Shown: positions 1-14,200 of the stretch, in pieces
How positions within the stretch are numbered: the stretch's first letter is position 1
Layout: every line of letters starts with the position of its first letter
Origin: Eledone cirrhosa
Taxonomy: Eukaryota
NCBI GenBank assembly: GCA_964016885.1
Contig: OZ024745.1
Coordinates: 57,040,001-57,104,000, forward strand
Direction of reading: 5' to 3'
DNA: 64,000 bases
The notes under the pieces: generated by a model
What the model was told of the DNA's origin: nothing
Databases searched by the model: none
Seen by the model: only the letters and a program-made list of their open reading frames with translations
Made by a program: the position numbers and the translations under genes

Positions 1-1159
1 TTTGAATCATGTCTGTTTATTTGACATTTTATTATATTCTATTAATATTATTTTATTCTTGTTTTTGATTGAAATAACAAATTCGTGAAACAGGTTTGTC
101 TTCTTCTTCTAATGATTGTACTAAATAGATTCTGATGGGAAACGAAAATTAAAAACGAAGATATCTGAAATTTTACATAAGAACTTTATGTTAAATCTAA
201 CTGTTAACACATACGAAATTTCATACTCAAGCACGAGGCAACATTGAAAGAAAAAGAAGAAGATAATGAGAGAAAGATTGGAAAATATTTAAATTTATTT
301 TAATTTCATCGATTTAGGTTATGGAGAGAAAAACTTGATTATACTTGTTGTAAAAAAATACTTTTAATTCATTTTGGTTTAATTTGTAGTTTTTGGTGCA
401 ATACAGATTGAAACAATTTTACTACCTTGGGGTTGAAATCGCTACGGTAGTTGCAAAAAACTCGTATGTATCCGCCATACAAAAACATGAAAATACTGTA
501 AATGTCTGGACCCCATATTAACAGTTCAAAACTTTGTACCAGTGTGTGAAGTCATAAAACAACTTGAACTTCAAAAACGAGGTCTTCAAAATTACTTCCC
601 TTCAACATGGAAATACAAAGGCCCGGATACAGTCTCCATGGACAGACGTACTGTACCTGCATTAATTCTGAAAATACATATTGAACTGTATGAGACATTT
701 CTCTTTCTTCCCCCACGATTTGAGCTGCATAACAAACAAATCTAACATTCTGAAAAACAAGAACATACACATACAACCATGCACACAAAGCCCATTTACA
801 CCAGTTCATATTTATTTCGAATTACTTTTCTTCCAATCTAACAATTCGCCATTAGTGAGTATAGACTGTGGGTGTCATCAGAATAATAATGTAGTTCACG
901 GATTACTTAAGATAAAATTAATATTACTTTGCTGAAGATCTTTATATTCAAATTCTTTTTAGAAAAGCTGTTGATACAAATGACACAATTTTTTAAATGT
1001 AAATTCTAAAACACAAATAACAATAAATTTCTTTCAGACTACAATGTTTTGAAATGTATTTCTAACTGTAAACTTTTGTCGAGATACTTTGATGGGTCAT
1101 ATATATATATTATCTATTCTGATAATTTTCTTGAGTGACATGTATCGGAATTTTAATTA

Positions 1160-1241
1160 AACTCTGATGACACCCACGGTCAATACGCACCAATGGCGAA
1201 TGTTATATGTAGCAAAACCCGAGTAGAAACAATTGTCAGTT
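1160..1241 (+). ncRNA. Type I hammerhead ribozyme motif with long stem II
   Basis: AACT-CTGATGA(1164-1170)-~55 nt stem II-GAAAC(1226-1230)-AATT-GTC(1235-1237)-AGTT, followed by AATAAA. Stem I is AACT/AGTT, stem III is the palindrome ACAATTGT, and stem II pairing is imperfect. Confidence 0.65.
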
Positions 1242-1376
1242 AATAAATGCCTTAAACCTTGAATTCATTGGTTTGTAAACAAACTGTAGCTATATAACAG
1301 CTCTGCATGATCATATCATTGCATTGAGCTAAACAACACCTAGTAAATGCGTAGAATTTACTCTCATTAATATAAC

Positions 1377-1414
<38 letters not shown>

Positions 1415-1764
1415 GGTGTGGGATGCTTAAAGCGTCCGTATGCGGTAGGCCGTTTGAGAACTCGATGCTTTTACAGTGCAGAGTATAATATCACATAAGA
1501 AACGGAGATCAGTGGTGCGATGAAAACAAATTTATTAGACATATTACAATCGTTTCTATGGCGACCAGCTCGAGGCACGATCGATGCAATGATAGAACCT
1601 GACTCTGAAATCGCAAGGTCCTCAGATACGTCTCGATACTTCGAATACCTTTATTTCTATTTGCAAAAAATAACTGTTTTATGTTTTCCCTTTCAAAAAA
1701 TTGTTTTTCGTTTGGCCTTATTTTCGTTCATTGTCTCGTTTTCTCTTTATAAAATTCTCTAAGG

Positions 1765-1818
<54 letters not shown>

Positions 1819-1927
1819 ATATATATACGCATATATATATATACATGTATATTAGGGTAAACATTGATGCAATTCAATTCAAGCACTCAAAGTACTTTTT
1901 CCACATAGGAGTGACGGAGTAAATATC

Positions 1928-2021
1928 GAATAAGTAAAACCGAAGTAGTTTCGGATGTTCAAGTCCTTTAATTATTATTAAAGGACTTGAACATCTGAAA
2001 CTACTTCGCTTTTACTTATTC
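1928..2021. repeat. ~45-bp-arm inverted repeat between (TA)n tracts, probably an inverted PLE-type 3' end
   Basis: GAATAAGTAAAACCGAAGTAGTTTCGGATGTTCAAGTCCTTTAAT followed by its near-perfect reverse complement. Confidence 0.75.
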
Positions 2022-2024
2022 TAT

Positions 2025-2099
<75 letters not shown>

Positions 2100-2217
2100 C
2101 ATAAATGTATGTGTGTTTATGACTAAAAAGCACGTGCTGTTGACTAGGAAAGTAACTGAACAACTCAGCCACGAGTCTACACACGCAGACACAAACACAC
2201 ACACTCACACACTCACG

Positions 2218-2275
<58 letters not shown>

Positions 2276-2833
2276 CGTATAATTATATTTATGTATATAT
2301 GCATGCTGAAATATGTATGAATGCATGCGTATGTGCAAACATGTGTATTAGTGGCTGTGTCTTTGTATGTATATGTTAATATATATGTATTTCTGTGTGA
2401 ATGTCTGTGTTGATCTTGTTCAGGTAAACATTCTATTGGCTAATTTGGTGTCAAAATGTGTCAGATCCTCCGAGGGGCCATGGCACGTTGTTTCCCCGCA
2501 TTTAAACTGGTACGTTGTACAATTTCCAAAGGTGGTTCTATAATGGTTTCTTTTGGTAAATAGAATTGTTAATGCTTAATATACACGAAAATGTGTCCCA
2601 TTAAGCGTCCTTTTAAAACAGATTAATACATACAAGCAGAGGAAAAGACTACATAAACACAGCCTCACCCACACGAAATTTCAAGCTCTCTGACAACAAA
2701 ATCCAGTCCTCTTCCTACTGACTATCTCATTCATTTTCTATCCCTATGTCCCTAACCATTAACTACTTTTATGTACAGTTTTCCTCTCATAAAGTTGAGA
2801 TATCTGTCCTCTCACTCACCCCTCTCTCTCTCC

Positions 2834-2838
2834 ACACG

Positions 2839-2894
<56 letters not shown>

Positions 2895-2917
2895 TATGTG
2901 CGCGCGCACGCGCGCGC

Positions 2918-2992
<75 letters not shown>
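2834..2992. repeat. Compound (TA)n-(CG)n-(TG)n microsatellite
   Basis: Directly visible. Confidence 0.95.
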
Positions 2993-2995
<3 letters not shown>

Positions 2996-3471
2996 ATCTG
3001 TCCCTCTGTGGTTTTTACTTCTTTATATTTTCCTTTTTCTCTCACTTAATCAATTCTCAGTTGTCGAAGTTCATTGCATTCCGGCGTCTGTCACGTGGCA
3101 CGAATGGTAATATAACCAACAACAAAACCGCTGTATTTATTCAATAACATTGACATGGAAAGAACTCGAATTTTCAGGTCGTGTGGTTAGTATGAATTGG
3201 TTATTGTATGAACGGGCAAGAATTACAAAAATATATAAATATATCGAATGCATTTTAACTGTGACGCATTTTGTATGTGTCGGCCAGTTTATTCAATGCT
3301 CTATTTATTAAGACTTTTCATTCTACCTGCTTGTGTGAGAGGTGGCCTAATGGTTACAAAATTATATGCGTCGTACTGTAGTTCGCTTCATAATTTTAAT
3401 GGGTTGATCTTATGTTAAGTCAAAGGTTTGATCTGAATCTTCTAACTTAATAGCTAAAAGGAGGCCCTAAA

Positions 3472-3530
3472 TAGATGAACATTGATAGATGAACACTGGA
3501 TGATGAACACTGGATAGATGAACACTGGAT
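3472..3530. repeat. Short tandem repeat, ~15-mer TAGATGAACACTGGA x4 (imperfect)
   Basis: GATGAACA(T/C)TG repeated four times. Confidence 0.85.
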
Positions 3531-3642
3531 GAAACTCAGCATTCTGGTGAGCTGTATGTTAAGCTTAGCCACCGCGAAGCGATTTACTAAACATGTATAA
3601 AGAAAACTGGGTAATAAACAGCTATCTGTTGGTTATGCATGA

Positions 3643-3811
<169 letters not shown>

Positions 3812-4154
3812 TACATGTTTATCGAAACACATAATTTTTTTTTAAATATATTGATTTGCGTTTTAGCCGTGGAATATTTATCATTTATTTCTTACTGGCG
3901 TTTGAGCTGCTATATGTCAACAGAAGGTTATTTCTATTAAAGATCTTACATAAAATTCCTATAGAGTAATGCTTATATATGTGGGTTAGGAAATTTTTGA
4001 CAACAATGAAACGAAAATTTAATCTATATGGAAAATTATATAATAAAATATATCGTGTCCTATTTACTTTTCGTTTAATTTTTGCTAGTATTATAGTAAA
4101 ATCAGTCGGCTAGAATTTGCAGAAGACATTGTGTTACCTAACTCAGCGTTCCAC

Positions 4155-4744
4155 TGAAGCAGGTAGAGATGTTCAAGTATCTCAGGGCCGTGCTCATAAG
4201 TGGTAGAAGTCAAGAGACTGAATTAAGTGTAATAATTGTAGGAGCTGGTGCAGTAATGCGCCATCTTCAACATTCAGTAATCAGAAGATACAAGGTAGGC
4301 GTAAAAGCCAAACTCGCTATTTTCAATTCGGTATTCGTACCAGCCATGGTAATAAATCTTGTTTAATGATCGAAAAATATGATGGCGAATAAAAGCGGTC
4401 GATATGGGGTTCCTCCGACGGCTCTCTGGGGATATCGTTACTTGATACAGTGTATAGCTTGGAGATCAGAGAGGCACTTCAGATAGAACCACTACTCTTC
4501 CGAATTGAGATATCACAGCTCCGATACTGTGGGCATGTAGTTAGAATGTCTCAGGGAAGAATCATTTGATAGATTTTACGGGGAAAACCAACCTACAGGA
4601 GATACAAGTGTAGACTTCGAGCAAGATGTGTGGATAACATCCATGAGCTAAGCGTTTGAGTGTTTGAGGTGTCTGCCCCCACGACCGAAAGTGAAGAAGA
4701 AGAAGAAGAAGAAGAAGAAGAAGAAGAAGAAGAAGAAGAAGAAG

Positions 4745-4773
<29 letters not shown>
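4155..4773 (+). mobile_element. 5'-truncated, decayed RTE-clade LINE 3' end with (GAA)n tail
   Basis: KQVEMFKYL...AVMRHL...KAKLAIFNSVFVP, then decayed EPLLFRIE.SQLRYCGHVVRM motifs typical of the RTE RT C-terminus; (GAA)n at 4693-4773. Confidence 0.8.
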
Positions 4774-4775
<2 letters not shown>

Positions 4776-7311
4776 GTTAAAGTAATTCTGTAAATAATGT
4801 ATCACATCGGTGATGCCTTAGTTTTTTGTTTGTTATTATGATGATGAGTATAAAGTAAAATTATTTCTCGCAAATCTAGTTATGTGTTCAAATATTATTA
4901 TCTAATTATCTGAAATGTTGTGTGTGAGTTGGTAGGAATCTATTTTAATTTCACGTTAAGTAACTACAATCGCAATATTAAATAAAACCACATACAGAGC
5001 TATAACCTCGTAGTTATGATTCCTTTCCATCTTTAGATTGATTACAATATACTCAAAATTAAAATATCCGATAATGAAGAACTCAGTGAAATTGTTTTTA
5101 ATATATTTGAAATAATATAAATGGAGGTGGAATGTGAGACACAATAAAATTGACAAAGCTAGCCTAATTGTCTGCCGAAGTGCGTTCTGAATTTAATGAT
5201 TTCCAGAATTCCCATTGGAATTGAATTCAGTTTCGCAAATTCTACTATGGTGCTGTCACACATGAGCTCATTGCTTACTTCACAATTTTTTTTCCCACGC
5301 TGTTGTAAATAATGATTTGGCAGATGGCGTCTCGTAATAATTTAATTTTTTCTAATACTCCTTTCTTCTATGCCAATGCATATCACTTTCTCTGTGTTTA
5401 CTTAAAGATTATATCGCTCATACTTCAGCATGTTACGGCGAATCGGCAATAACGCTGATGTGTTCCATCTATAAAAACTTCACATTACTCATCAAACCAA
5501 CAACGAATCCTTTATTTGTTCACTCGACCGACTAGAAATAGCTGCCGATTTTCTTCTCGCCATCTGAAAAATATACCAACATATTAGATGAGTGTATCCA
5601 GGGATAACAATGCTTCAAAAAATATGCGATGGTCACAAGTGAGACGCATTTATTTATCTGCTAGTCAAGTCGGGGTTGGAGTTAAGTAACATCAACATAT
5701 CACCTTACACCCGATGGTGAAAATAATATACTCGTTATGAACTAATGTTTATTTTATTTTACAGCATATTGATTGTTGCTTTGTCGTATTAATCCTATAA
5801 GTATGAAATAACATTTCTCCTAATTTACTGTTAGGTGGAATGAGCCACTTAAATGTGTAAATCAAGATCTATCTAAACAACCTTATTTTACCAATGGGTA
5901 TCACCATTCTTTTAAATGAGAGATGTAATAAACAAGTAATTAAACTATGAACATCGCTGCACATTGGTCTTATGAATAAATCGTCTGATATATTTTAATA
6001 GAACAAATAAAATGAGTTAAGGGAAATAATATAAATGAGCAAACGGCATGAATTTGGATTAATATATCGATGTATTAAATGCTGTACTTAAAAAACAAAC
6101 AAACAGAACCTTATTTAAATACCACTTCTTTTTAAATTGATTAAATAAAAGAAAGACTTTCAAGAAATTCAGGCATAACCACTCAAACACAATTTACATG
6201 ATTATGATTATGTTTAATCTTTATTTGCTGGCAAAGAATAATAATGTAAATCATGAGGTGTCTTGCCTGCAATGTTCAGATACGAATGGAAACATCCGTA
6301 GTGCGTCACAAGGATACGATGGAAGCGGAAAGCCTGAATTTATTTAGATTGGGGCCGCATTCCATGTTAAACCTGACATGGTGTGCTGAACATCTCAGTG
6401 GGGGAGGCACACGGAAACAGTTGTGAATTACAGAAACGACGTAACCGTGGATTGAATGCCGTGTCACATATTGGACGTATACAAGGACTTCGGCTTTTTA
6501 GATGAAACTAAATAAGGAGGTGTGAGCAGCACTTGGTCCTGCGTATGCCACAAAGAGAGCGATATCTCCGGAAATATATGGTGTAATATTGAGTTAGGAT
6601 GTGCCAAGTGATCTTTCGATCAGTGATACGTATGGTTCTATGAACCGCGCGCCGGAAGTATCAGAAGTGCAACATCACGTGAGTGGGCGGGTGAAAGGTG
6701 GGAGCTTCTTTCCAATGAAACCAATTAATCCAACCAGTCTCTGGGCGTCAGTCGCATTCACGCTCGCCTTCCCTCCCATCCATTTCACTGTCCTAAGCTT
6801 GGTAAATGCAACGTGTGGCAATTTTAAGAACGCTTCCTTCACGTGGTGTTCGCTATTTTTGTCCTTATTTTCCATAATTCGGAAACAGGTCAAGGACTTC
6901 TCATGCAAACACTAAAAAATACCCAGCCATGAAGCCAGCCATAACTTCCATCTGTTGTATACTCTCAAACAAAGTAGTTTCTCTAACAAAGTCCTGGAGA
7001 TCCCACACCTTTCGCTGCAAGCTACTTTTACCGCCGTTATATAGATTGTAGACTGGAGAAAAAAAAAAGAAACTGAAATACAAACAAAGCCACACGTTGT
7101 CAAAATGTTTTGTTGGCTGAAAACGTAAAATCACACATATTTTCATTCGTCCTCGAAACACGTTAGTTGCGTAGTGCATGGACTCTATTGACGTGAACAT
7201 TCTGGCCAGAAATCCCAATTTTTCTGTGAGCTCACAGATGCATGCCTACTCACCTCTCTCCCACCAAGAGGTTTTGCTCTTCCAGTCATTTGAGGTTGTT
7301 GCTCCCATTAC

Positions 7312-8085
7312 TTCCGAATCAACATCACGGAACAGGGAAGGATCCACTGCAACTTCTACCGAAAGGCAGCCTGCAGGGACCTGTTCGTTCACTACAAGTC
7401 CGCCCTCCCTAACAGTGCCAAAAGAGGATACATCACGAACGAGATCGCGCGAATCAAAAACAGATGCAGCGATCCCGCGAGTGGTGTCACTCATACCAAG
7501 CGATTCCTCGAGGTGCTGGAGACGAACGGGTACCCTACCTCGATCACAGATAGAATAGGAGATACCAGACGCAAGAGACAGAGAGGCACCCAAGGCAAGT
7601 GCTTCCTTAAAATGCCACACCTGGGCGAGAATACCACCAACGCTATCCGCAAGGCTATACGGAGGAAGGGCCTCGACATCCACTTGGCCCACTCGGGCCC
7701 CTGCCTGCGAAGATGCCTCTCCAGGAAACCCAGGAAATCTACTGACGCATGCTCCCTCAGAGACTACCCGATACGCCATGCGAACTGTTGCCTACGCACA
7801 TACGTCGTGTATAAGATAGAATGTGACAGGTGCAACCAATACTACATAGGTAGCACAATCCGACCTTTGCACATCCGGATCACGGAACACACTAAAACCA
7901 GGGCCCCGTCTTTCCGGAAACACATAGACAAATGCGGAAACAAAGACGGAAGGCCCATTGTCACAATTCTAGCGACTGAAAGAAACGTCGGCACGTTACG
8001 TATCAAGGAAGCGCTTTTTATAAAACGTCTGCAACCGCAAATAAACAACCGATCAGAGAGAAGCGAAATGAGATGGCTGGTTTAA
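7312..8085 (+). CDS. PLE polyprotein C-terminus: RT thumb plus GIY-YIG endonuclease (partial)
   Basis: The frame is open upstream of the listed 7513 ORF: FRINITEQGRIHCNFYRKAACRDLFVHYKSALP...NGYP. The endonuclease motif is VVYKIECDRCNQYYIGSTIRPLHIRITEH...EALFIKRLQPQIN. Confidence 0.9.
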   Translation, partial: FRINITEQGRIHCNFYRKAACRDLFVHYKSALPNSAKRGYITNEIARIKNRCSDPASGVTHTKRFLEVLETNGYPTSITDRIGDTRRKRQRGTQGKCFLKMPHLGENTTNAIRKAIRRKGLDIHLAHSGPCLRRCLSRKPRKSTDACSLRDYPIRHANCCLRTYVVYKIECDRCNQYYIGSTIRPLHIRITEHTKTRAPSFRKHIDKCGNKDGRPIVTILATERNVGTLRIKEALFIKRLQPQINNRSERSEMRWLV

Positions 8086-8480
8086 GCTAACAAACGATGC
8101 AGCAACACACACACACACACAAACGAGACAACTACACACACACACACGCACACACACACAGTAGCATTCCACCATACGAACATACTACACTGCCAATACA
8201 GAGGAACAAGACAACAACACACGCACACACACACACACTCAATAGAGACAACAACACACGCACAACACACACACAGTAACATTTAACAAACAGGCAGAGA
8301 ATGGACGGACAGCTAGCGCCACCCCACTGCCTCATTCGGCCGCTGTCCTCTGCCCGACCGACCCCATTACACGCGCACGCGCGCTCTGTCGAATACCTAA
8401 GATATTCAAAACAACAAGCAGCGGAGGACGCGTTTCGCACCTGTCCGACAGACAACTTTTCCCCCACCCCGGAAAATCCC

Positions 8481-8516
8481 CAGTTGATGGATGTGAATCC
8501 GAAATATATAGCGACT
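8481..8516 (+). ncRNA. Degenerate hammerhead motif in the PLE 3' pseudo-LTR
   Basis: AGT-TGAT-GGAT gtga ATCC-GAAA-TATATA-GC-GACT-ATTAAA. Stem II is intact but the core and cleavage triplet are corrupted. Confidence 0.45.
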
Positions 8517-8811
8517 ATTAAATCTCTCCCAAGGTAACTCTCTCTCTCGTGTTGTTATTTTTATTTTATCCTTTATACTCTTCCCTTCATTCTACACATC
8601 TCACACATCTTATACACACCACGCATCTCAACGTACACCCACTTACATCTCTCTCTCCACCACCGGATCTTGTTACCCGGAGATTTACCCATTAGCATTG
8701 TCGAGGCTTCCAAACGACTTAAAGATATTTACATATATATATATATATATATATATACGAGTCGTATATATATATATATATACATGTACATATACAAGTC
8801 GTATATATATA

Positions 8812-8865
<54 letters not shown>

Positions 8866-9721
8866 TATAGATATATATATATAGATATATATAGATATAT
8901 ATATACATATATATACATATATGTATGAATACATATGTATTTGCTGACGTTCATTAATAAAGCATATTTTATTTAATCTAGTTAATGTTTCGACCGGCAT
9001 ACTTCGCTGTATAGGAAATCTTTTCTTTATTTTTTCTTCATATTACTGCTAGAACCAATGTTTCACTGACAAGTGTGCATATTGCAACTTCCGAGATACA
9101 AAGCAAATGGCCATCACATGATCGTGTTTTATATATATATGTGTGTGTGTGTGTGTTTCTCTGTGTGTACATAGTAAATGTTTATGCTAGAATACAGTGT
9201 ATATTTTTCGTTTTGAATTAAACATAAGCTAGACAAAAACTATCATTTAATAAAATTAGTCCCTTTTGCTATAAACGAGGATAAAGTTTAAATACATCCC
9301 CCTGTTCCTTCTTTCATGGAGATACATGGAAGATTATTATGATTCATTAAGATATAATCGCCTTCATCAGAAAATAACTAACATTAACATTCGGGGTACA
9401 GGGGAATATTGCTTTAGAAACGTATACATTATAGAGAAATTCCTCAAATACCTTGACTAGTTTCTGCATGATATGCATTGATTTGGCGCCGTAATTAAAT
9501 ATACAGAAACTATTTATGCATGAACGCAGCGTATATTTGAAAATGTAGAGTACATTTGAGGTAGATATAATAATTTTTTTTTTTTATAATTAGAAATATT
9601 AGATGTAAAAATGAATAAATGCTATTGTGTATAGGAAAACGATAAACAAATATTTTTATGCGCTTCAAATACTATAAAAATTGGTATATCTACATTGAGC
9701 TTACCGTGTATATATATAAAG

Positions 9722-9799
<78 letters not shown>

Positions 9800-9800
<1 letters not shown>

Positions 9801-9940
9801 ACGAAGGAAGTGTGGTAAGGAACCAGATGGACCATAATGCACCAGAGTACTCAATAATTAGGGTAGTAGAGTGGGTAATAGGAAATGTTTAACCCCGACG
9901 GCAGAGCTCAACCCGTTTCGTCGAGGTTAAACGTTTTCAT
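9800..9940 (-). mobile_element. Palindromic half-HHR family copy
   Basis: Shares AGGAACCAG(A/G)TGGACCATAA...GAGTGGGTAATAGGAA...CCCCGACGG with six other copies; has a short inverted end and lies in (TA)n. Confidence 0.8.
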
Positions 9941-10399
9941 ATATATATATATATATATACACGTACATATATAAACACACACATACACACAGTCACTCAT
10001 TCACACACACATACACTTATATTTACATATATACATATTTATAGATATATATATCACAGTGATATATTTTGTCTGCACTGTTTTTGTGCGTAATTAAACC
10101 ACCACTTTTAGAGAATGATTTATCGCGCTATCAGAGTGAAATGGCTTCTCTTCTGTACGAAGAGCTTACTTTTAGTTTCTTCCTCCTGAGAATGATTCAA
10201 CTAAGTTGTGATGTTTATATCTGTTGGCAATCTTTACATCGCGACTCATAGAAACTTGCGAGTGTGTTACAAGAAATCAATTTTTTTTTTGTTAGAATGA
10301 TTTAATATATTGTATATGGAATATATCACATAATATATCTCTAGAAAAGTCATTGATAAATTACAATTTTGCTTCTCGTGGGTTATGTATTTAATGCAA

Positions 10400-12000
10400 T
10401 ATCTTTGTCTGCCAACGCTTCAAAGATGTAGTTCTTCTTGCTACCAAACAAGTGAAATAAGCATCCGTATGCCACGTGATCATTACGAATAGAGTAGTAT
10501 GCATATGATACTAATTCTATAACTTTCCAACGAATTTGATTTGTATCTGATATTCTTTTGTGGCAGATTAGTATCTATCGTATTGTTTAAGTGTAGATGA
10601 AGTTAGCCAGTTTTCCTTGCCCTTTAGGCAATTCTAAAAACATCATCGTCCCCATCTGACTCTCAGATAATATTCAAGGAATATTTAACATAGGATTGTC
10701 TTAGTGACATCCCCTATATTTAAAATTTAGCTTTCTTAATATCTCATTATTCGTGAGTTGTCTCATTAGAAGATATACATGATGAAGAGTAGGTGATTCA
10801 ACATAAAGTGGTGTAATCTTTGCACCTGATTTCTTCCAACACAATGTCCAATGCAACGCAGTTTGCTTCGTCATAACAGATAGTAAACAAACGAATATTC
10901 TTCAGGTCTTGCACGTTATTCTTGTGGTAATATAATGGATATGAAATATCCATAGTCACCGATGATTAATACCTTCACATTTGATACTTAAGTTGTGTGT
11001 TGAGATAAAGCATCACTGGAGATAATGAGATTTGGAGTATTATTATCTCCAGAGTACTATAATCTCCGTGGTTGTTCTCTCAAAAGTATCACGGTTGTTC
11101 TTTTTTATCATTAGGTCATGTTGACGAGAAATGGGCACACGAAAATTGAATGAGAATGGAGATGCCAATGCACATTGTTTAACATTTTTAGTAAGGTTTG
11201 TGAAAACACCTGCGTGAAAACACTTGCCAAATTTGCAATATGCATGTCATTCAAACATCGTTTTTTTTTTTTTTTCGAAGGTAAACCATATTCCTTCAAC
11301 TTAGTTATACATAGCAGTAAATACAGAAAGGATATCACTTTTCCTTTCTACACTGTTCTACTTGGATTGTCAGTGGTAGAATATCATGCTTACTGCGGTG
11401 TCTGTTCTCTGGTTTCTTTGGTTGTGGTTTGTAAGTATGATATCTAGCCCCTCTAAGAACATTGTACGGCTGTTTGTTGGTGTGTAATTCCACAATAACA
11501 TCTAAATACTGTTGTATCTCCTTTATTGATAATTACAATACTGTCACTTTCTTTTTACACTTGCTTTAAACCATTTGAGTTGGATGTTAGCAAGCATAAT
11601 TCCTTCATTTATTCAGATTGCAGTCGCACATTGATACAAAAAAGACTGTTCTCTACCTTTTCACTGGTTCAGTTATATCATCAGAGCATTAGATGGTATT
11701 GGCGTGCTGACTATTGGAAAGTGTCTGGACGTCTGTGTTGAAGAGCTGTGATCATATCATTTCCCGTTCGGATGGTAAGTTGCTTTGTGTTCTTTATTGA
11801 AATCCTTAATGTCCCAAGTTCATGGTAGTTACTCTGATTTCCATAAACCCCATTTTGATTTCACAATTCTTATATGATTTCTAGTAGTCTCTAATTTTTT
11901 CCCCGTAACTTTCATGATTATCCAGTATTTCTATACGGTATCATTGAACTCTGTGTCCTATCTCTTCAGTTTTAACTGCATTTTCAATTCAAGTTCATTA
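10400..12000 (-). pseudogene. Highly decayed non-LTR reverse transcriptase relic (boundaries approximate)
   Basis: Minus-strand remnants resembling LQ-SLSP, HLLF(xDD) and FKY-G motifs, in RT order, with many stops. Confidence 0.35.
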
Positions 12001-13616
12001 CAGTCAATACATTATTTGTGTCTGCAGCGAAACTTTACAATATCTATTTTAGCCTTCTTTCCTATACTATCTCGAGACACAACAACTCTTAATCGATAAT
12101 TAGCTCGTTTTGCACCTCTCGCTAGGCAAATATCATGTACATGTTATGTATACCATCCAAGATATTCAGAGATGGATTTGAACTGAGAATACACGATACC
12201 AAAACGAAGACAACACTGCCGAAAATCTATCGCTTCCTACAGTTCCAGTGATGGACTGATGTTTTATTTTATCGAACACAAAACAGCTATGATGTCGGCT
12301 GCATTGAATATCAGAGCGTGAAGAGCTGGAAATTATATCAAATGGCATTTATCCAACGCTTTGAAACTTCAGCAAATTTGAACTCTTACTTATTGAAAGA
12401 GCCTTTTTCGTGGCCTTTGGCACAAATTCATTTCATTCTTCAAATTTACGTTTTGCGACCACTATATATTGTTTACCGGCGCAGTGGATTGTAGGGTTGC
12501 GCTGAATGTGAGCTGTAGAACTTCCTGGTCTTATTCCAGATGAGATGTAGCGACATAAGAGTTTTTATAAAACCACAGGTAAGTGAAACATTAATGTGTT
12601 GTCCTTAGTATTAATTTGTCACTTCAAATTAATTGTCTAATTCATATTTAAGTTAAGGTAGTTAGTCAGACCAAATATAGACAGCAGTTGATTGGTGTTA
12701 ACACCTTATTAGAACCTACTCAAATTGAAAATGTAACGTTTGTCTTGTTTCCAGATTCACGTAACAGAATTGCACGTGAGAGGATTCCGTCTTACATTCT
12801 GGTAACGTGAAACCATTTATTCACAAAGAAAATAAAATATATATTTCCCGTTAATCACTTTTAAGTCCCAATTCCGATTCCAATTTCCCTTACGCCAACC
12901 TTCAAACAAACTATAAATTTTGCCCTCAGGATGTATCGAGATACATTTTGATTCAAGATTGTGAACATAAAAATATACATGCATATAATTATACATACAT
13001 ATATAGACATGTACATATATACACATACTCAACAAACAGGCAAATAGACACACACAAACAAAACACACATACATAAGCATGTACACACGCTGAGGGTTGA
13101 TATAAGCGCGTGTATATTATATGATAACTATATTTTTTGTATGTAGTATTTACTATTAGCATTAATTCGTCCTCTGAATATATGAAACCAAATACTATGT
13201 GTTTTTGTTAGAGGCGCTGAGTTGAAATCCCGCCGAAGTCAACGCCGGCCTTCATCTTTAAAGAACTAATAGTAAGTGGGGCCGAGAGAATTAACTGCTC
13301 TCCTTCCCAAAATGTCTCGTTTTGTGCCTATGTAACAAATCAGTGTTATTACTCTTCTTGATTTATTGATATAGTCGCTGGATCGATAGAAAATGATTTT
13401 GCTGTTCTTTTTCTTTACAATCTCAACTGAATTCCCACCATCCGCGTCAATTCCTGTTTCCGCGGTCGCAACACAATAAACGAAATTATCGCTCATCTGC
13501 TGGAGTTGATAGAAATGAATTTCATATTACCTGTCTCGATAAAATAAAGTACCAGCCACACACTAGGGTCGATTTAATGGTCACGTGCCTAAACCAGGAA
13601 CCATTATTAATATTAT

Positions 13617-13835
13617 TGCTGGATTGGCAGTATCGGTAGTGCCTCAGACATTATACGTTACATCGTAGAGTTATGACGCTTTCTGTTCTTAGTTCGAATC
13701 TAATCGAGGTTAGCTTTGCTTTTCATCTTTACGGGATCGATAGAATAGAGCCCCAGTAATGCACTGGATCTATTTAATCGACTTTCCCCTCCCCAATTGC
13801 TGGCCTTGTGCCTGAAGTAGAAACAATCATTAATA
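13617..13835 (+). mobile_element. tRNA-derived SINE with Deu/Nin-like core (long form)
   Basis: A box TGGCAGTATCGG, B box GTTCGAATC, core CTTTTCATCTTTACGGGATCGATAGAA, tail GGCCTTGTGCC...GAAACAATCATT. Further fragments lie at ~13215-13350 and ~13535-13610. Confidence 0.8.
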
Positions 13836-14200
13836 TCATTATCAGTTTCATCATCATCAACTGAAATATTGGGTGCTTACATTCGCTTATACGACATTTC
13901 TAGCGATAAAATATGCAAGACAAATTTAAGTGGTGAGATACTGTTGTGAAAATGTGTAAAATCTAAAAATCTAAAAATAAAACATATAAATATTGGTGTC
14001 CAGGCGTCAAACGATGCTTCAAATTAATTGCACAGGCTAGTGACTGGTACTTAATATTTATTCGTTCCACTTTACAGTTTTGCCTAATCTCATAACTGGC
14101 TAAAGTGTCTCCGAGGTAGTTCGTGTAATCATAGTTTATCTTCTCTCCCAATTCTCACTTGCTCTCATTTTACACCCACCACACACATGTATATATATTA

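Larger units (their letters stand above)
7309..8730 (+). mobile_element. 5'-truncated Penelope-like retroelement (RT thumb, GIY-YIG endonuclease, 3' pseudo-LTR region)
   Basis: Coding frame as below; the 3' UTR contains a degenerate HHR and ends at (TA)n. Confidence 0.9.

Noticed and set aside
542-935. Overlapping short ORFs or a possible exon
   Set aside because: No recognisable motif; coding cannot be distinguished from decayed repeat.
1580-1636. Possible HHR: ATCGA..CAATGA-TAGAACCT..AGGTCCT..GTC-TCGAT
   Set aside because: The stems are plausible but both core boxes are corrupted; too degenerate to call.
6230-6915. GC-richer segment possibly from a LINE ORF1/endonuclease on minus
   Set aside because: Only vague similarity and no diagnostic motif readable.
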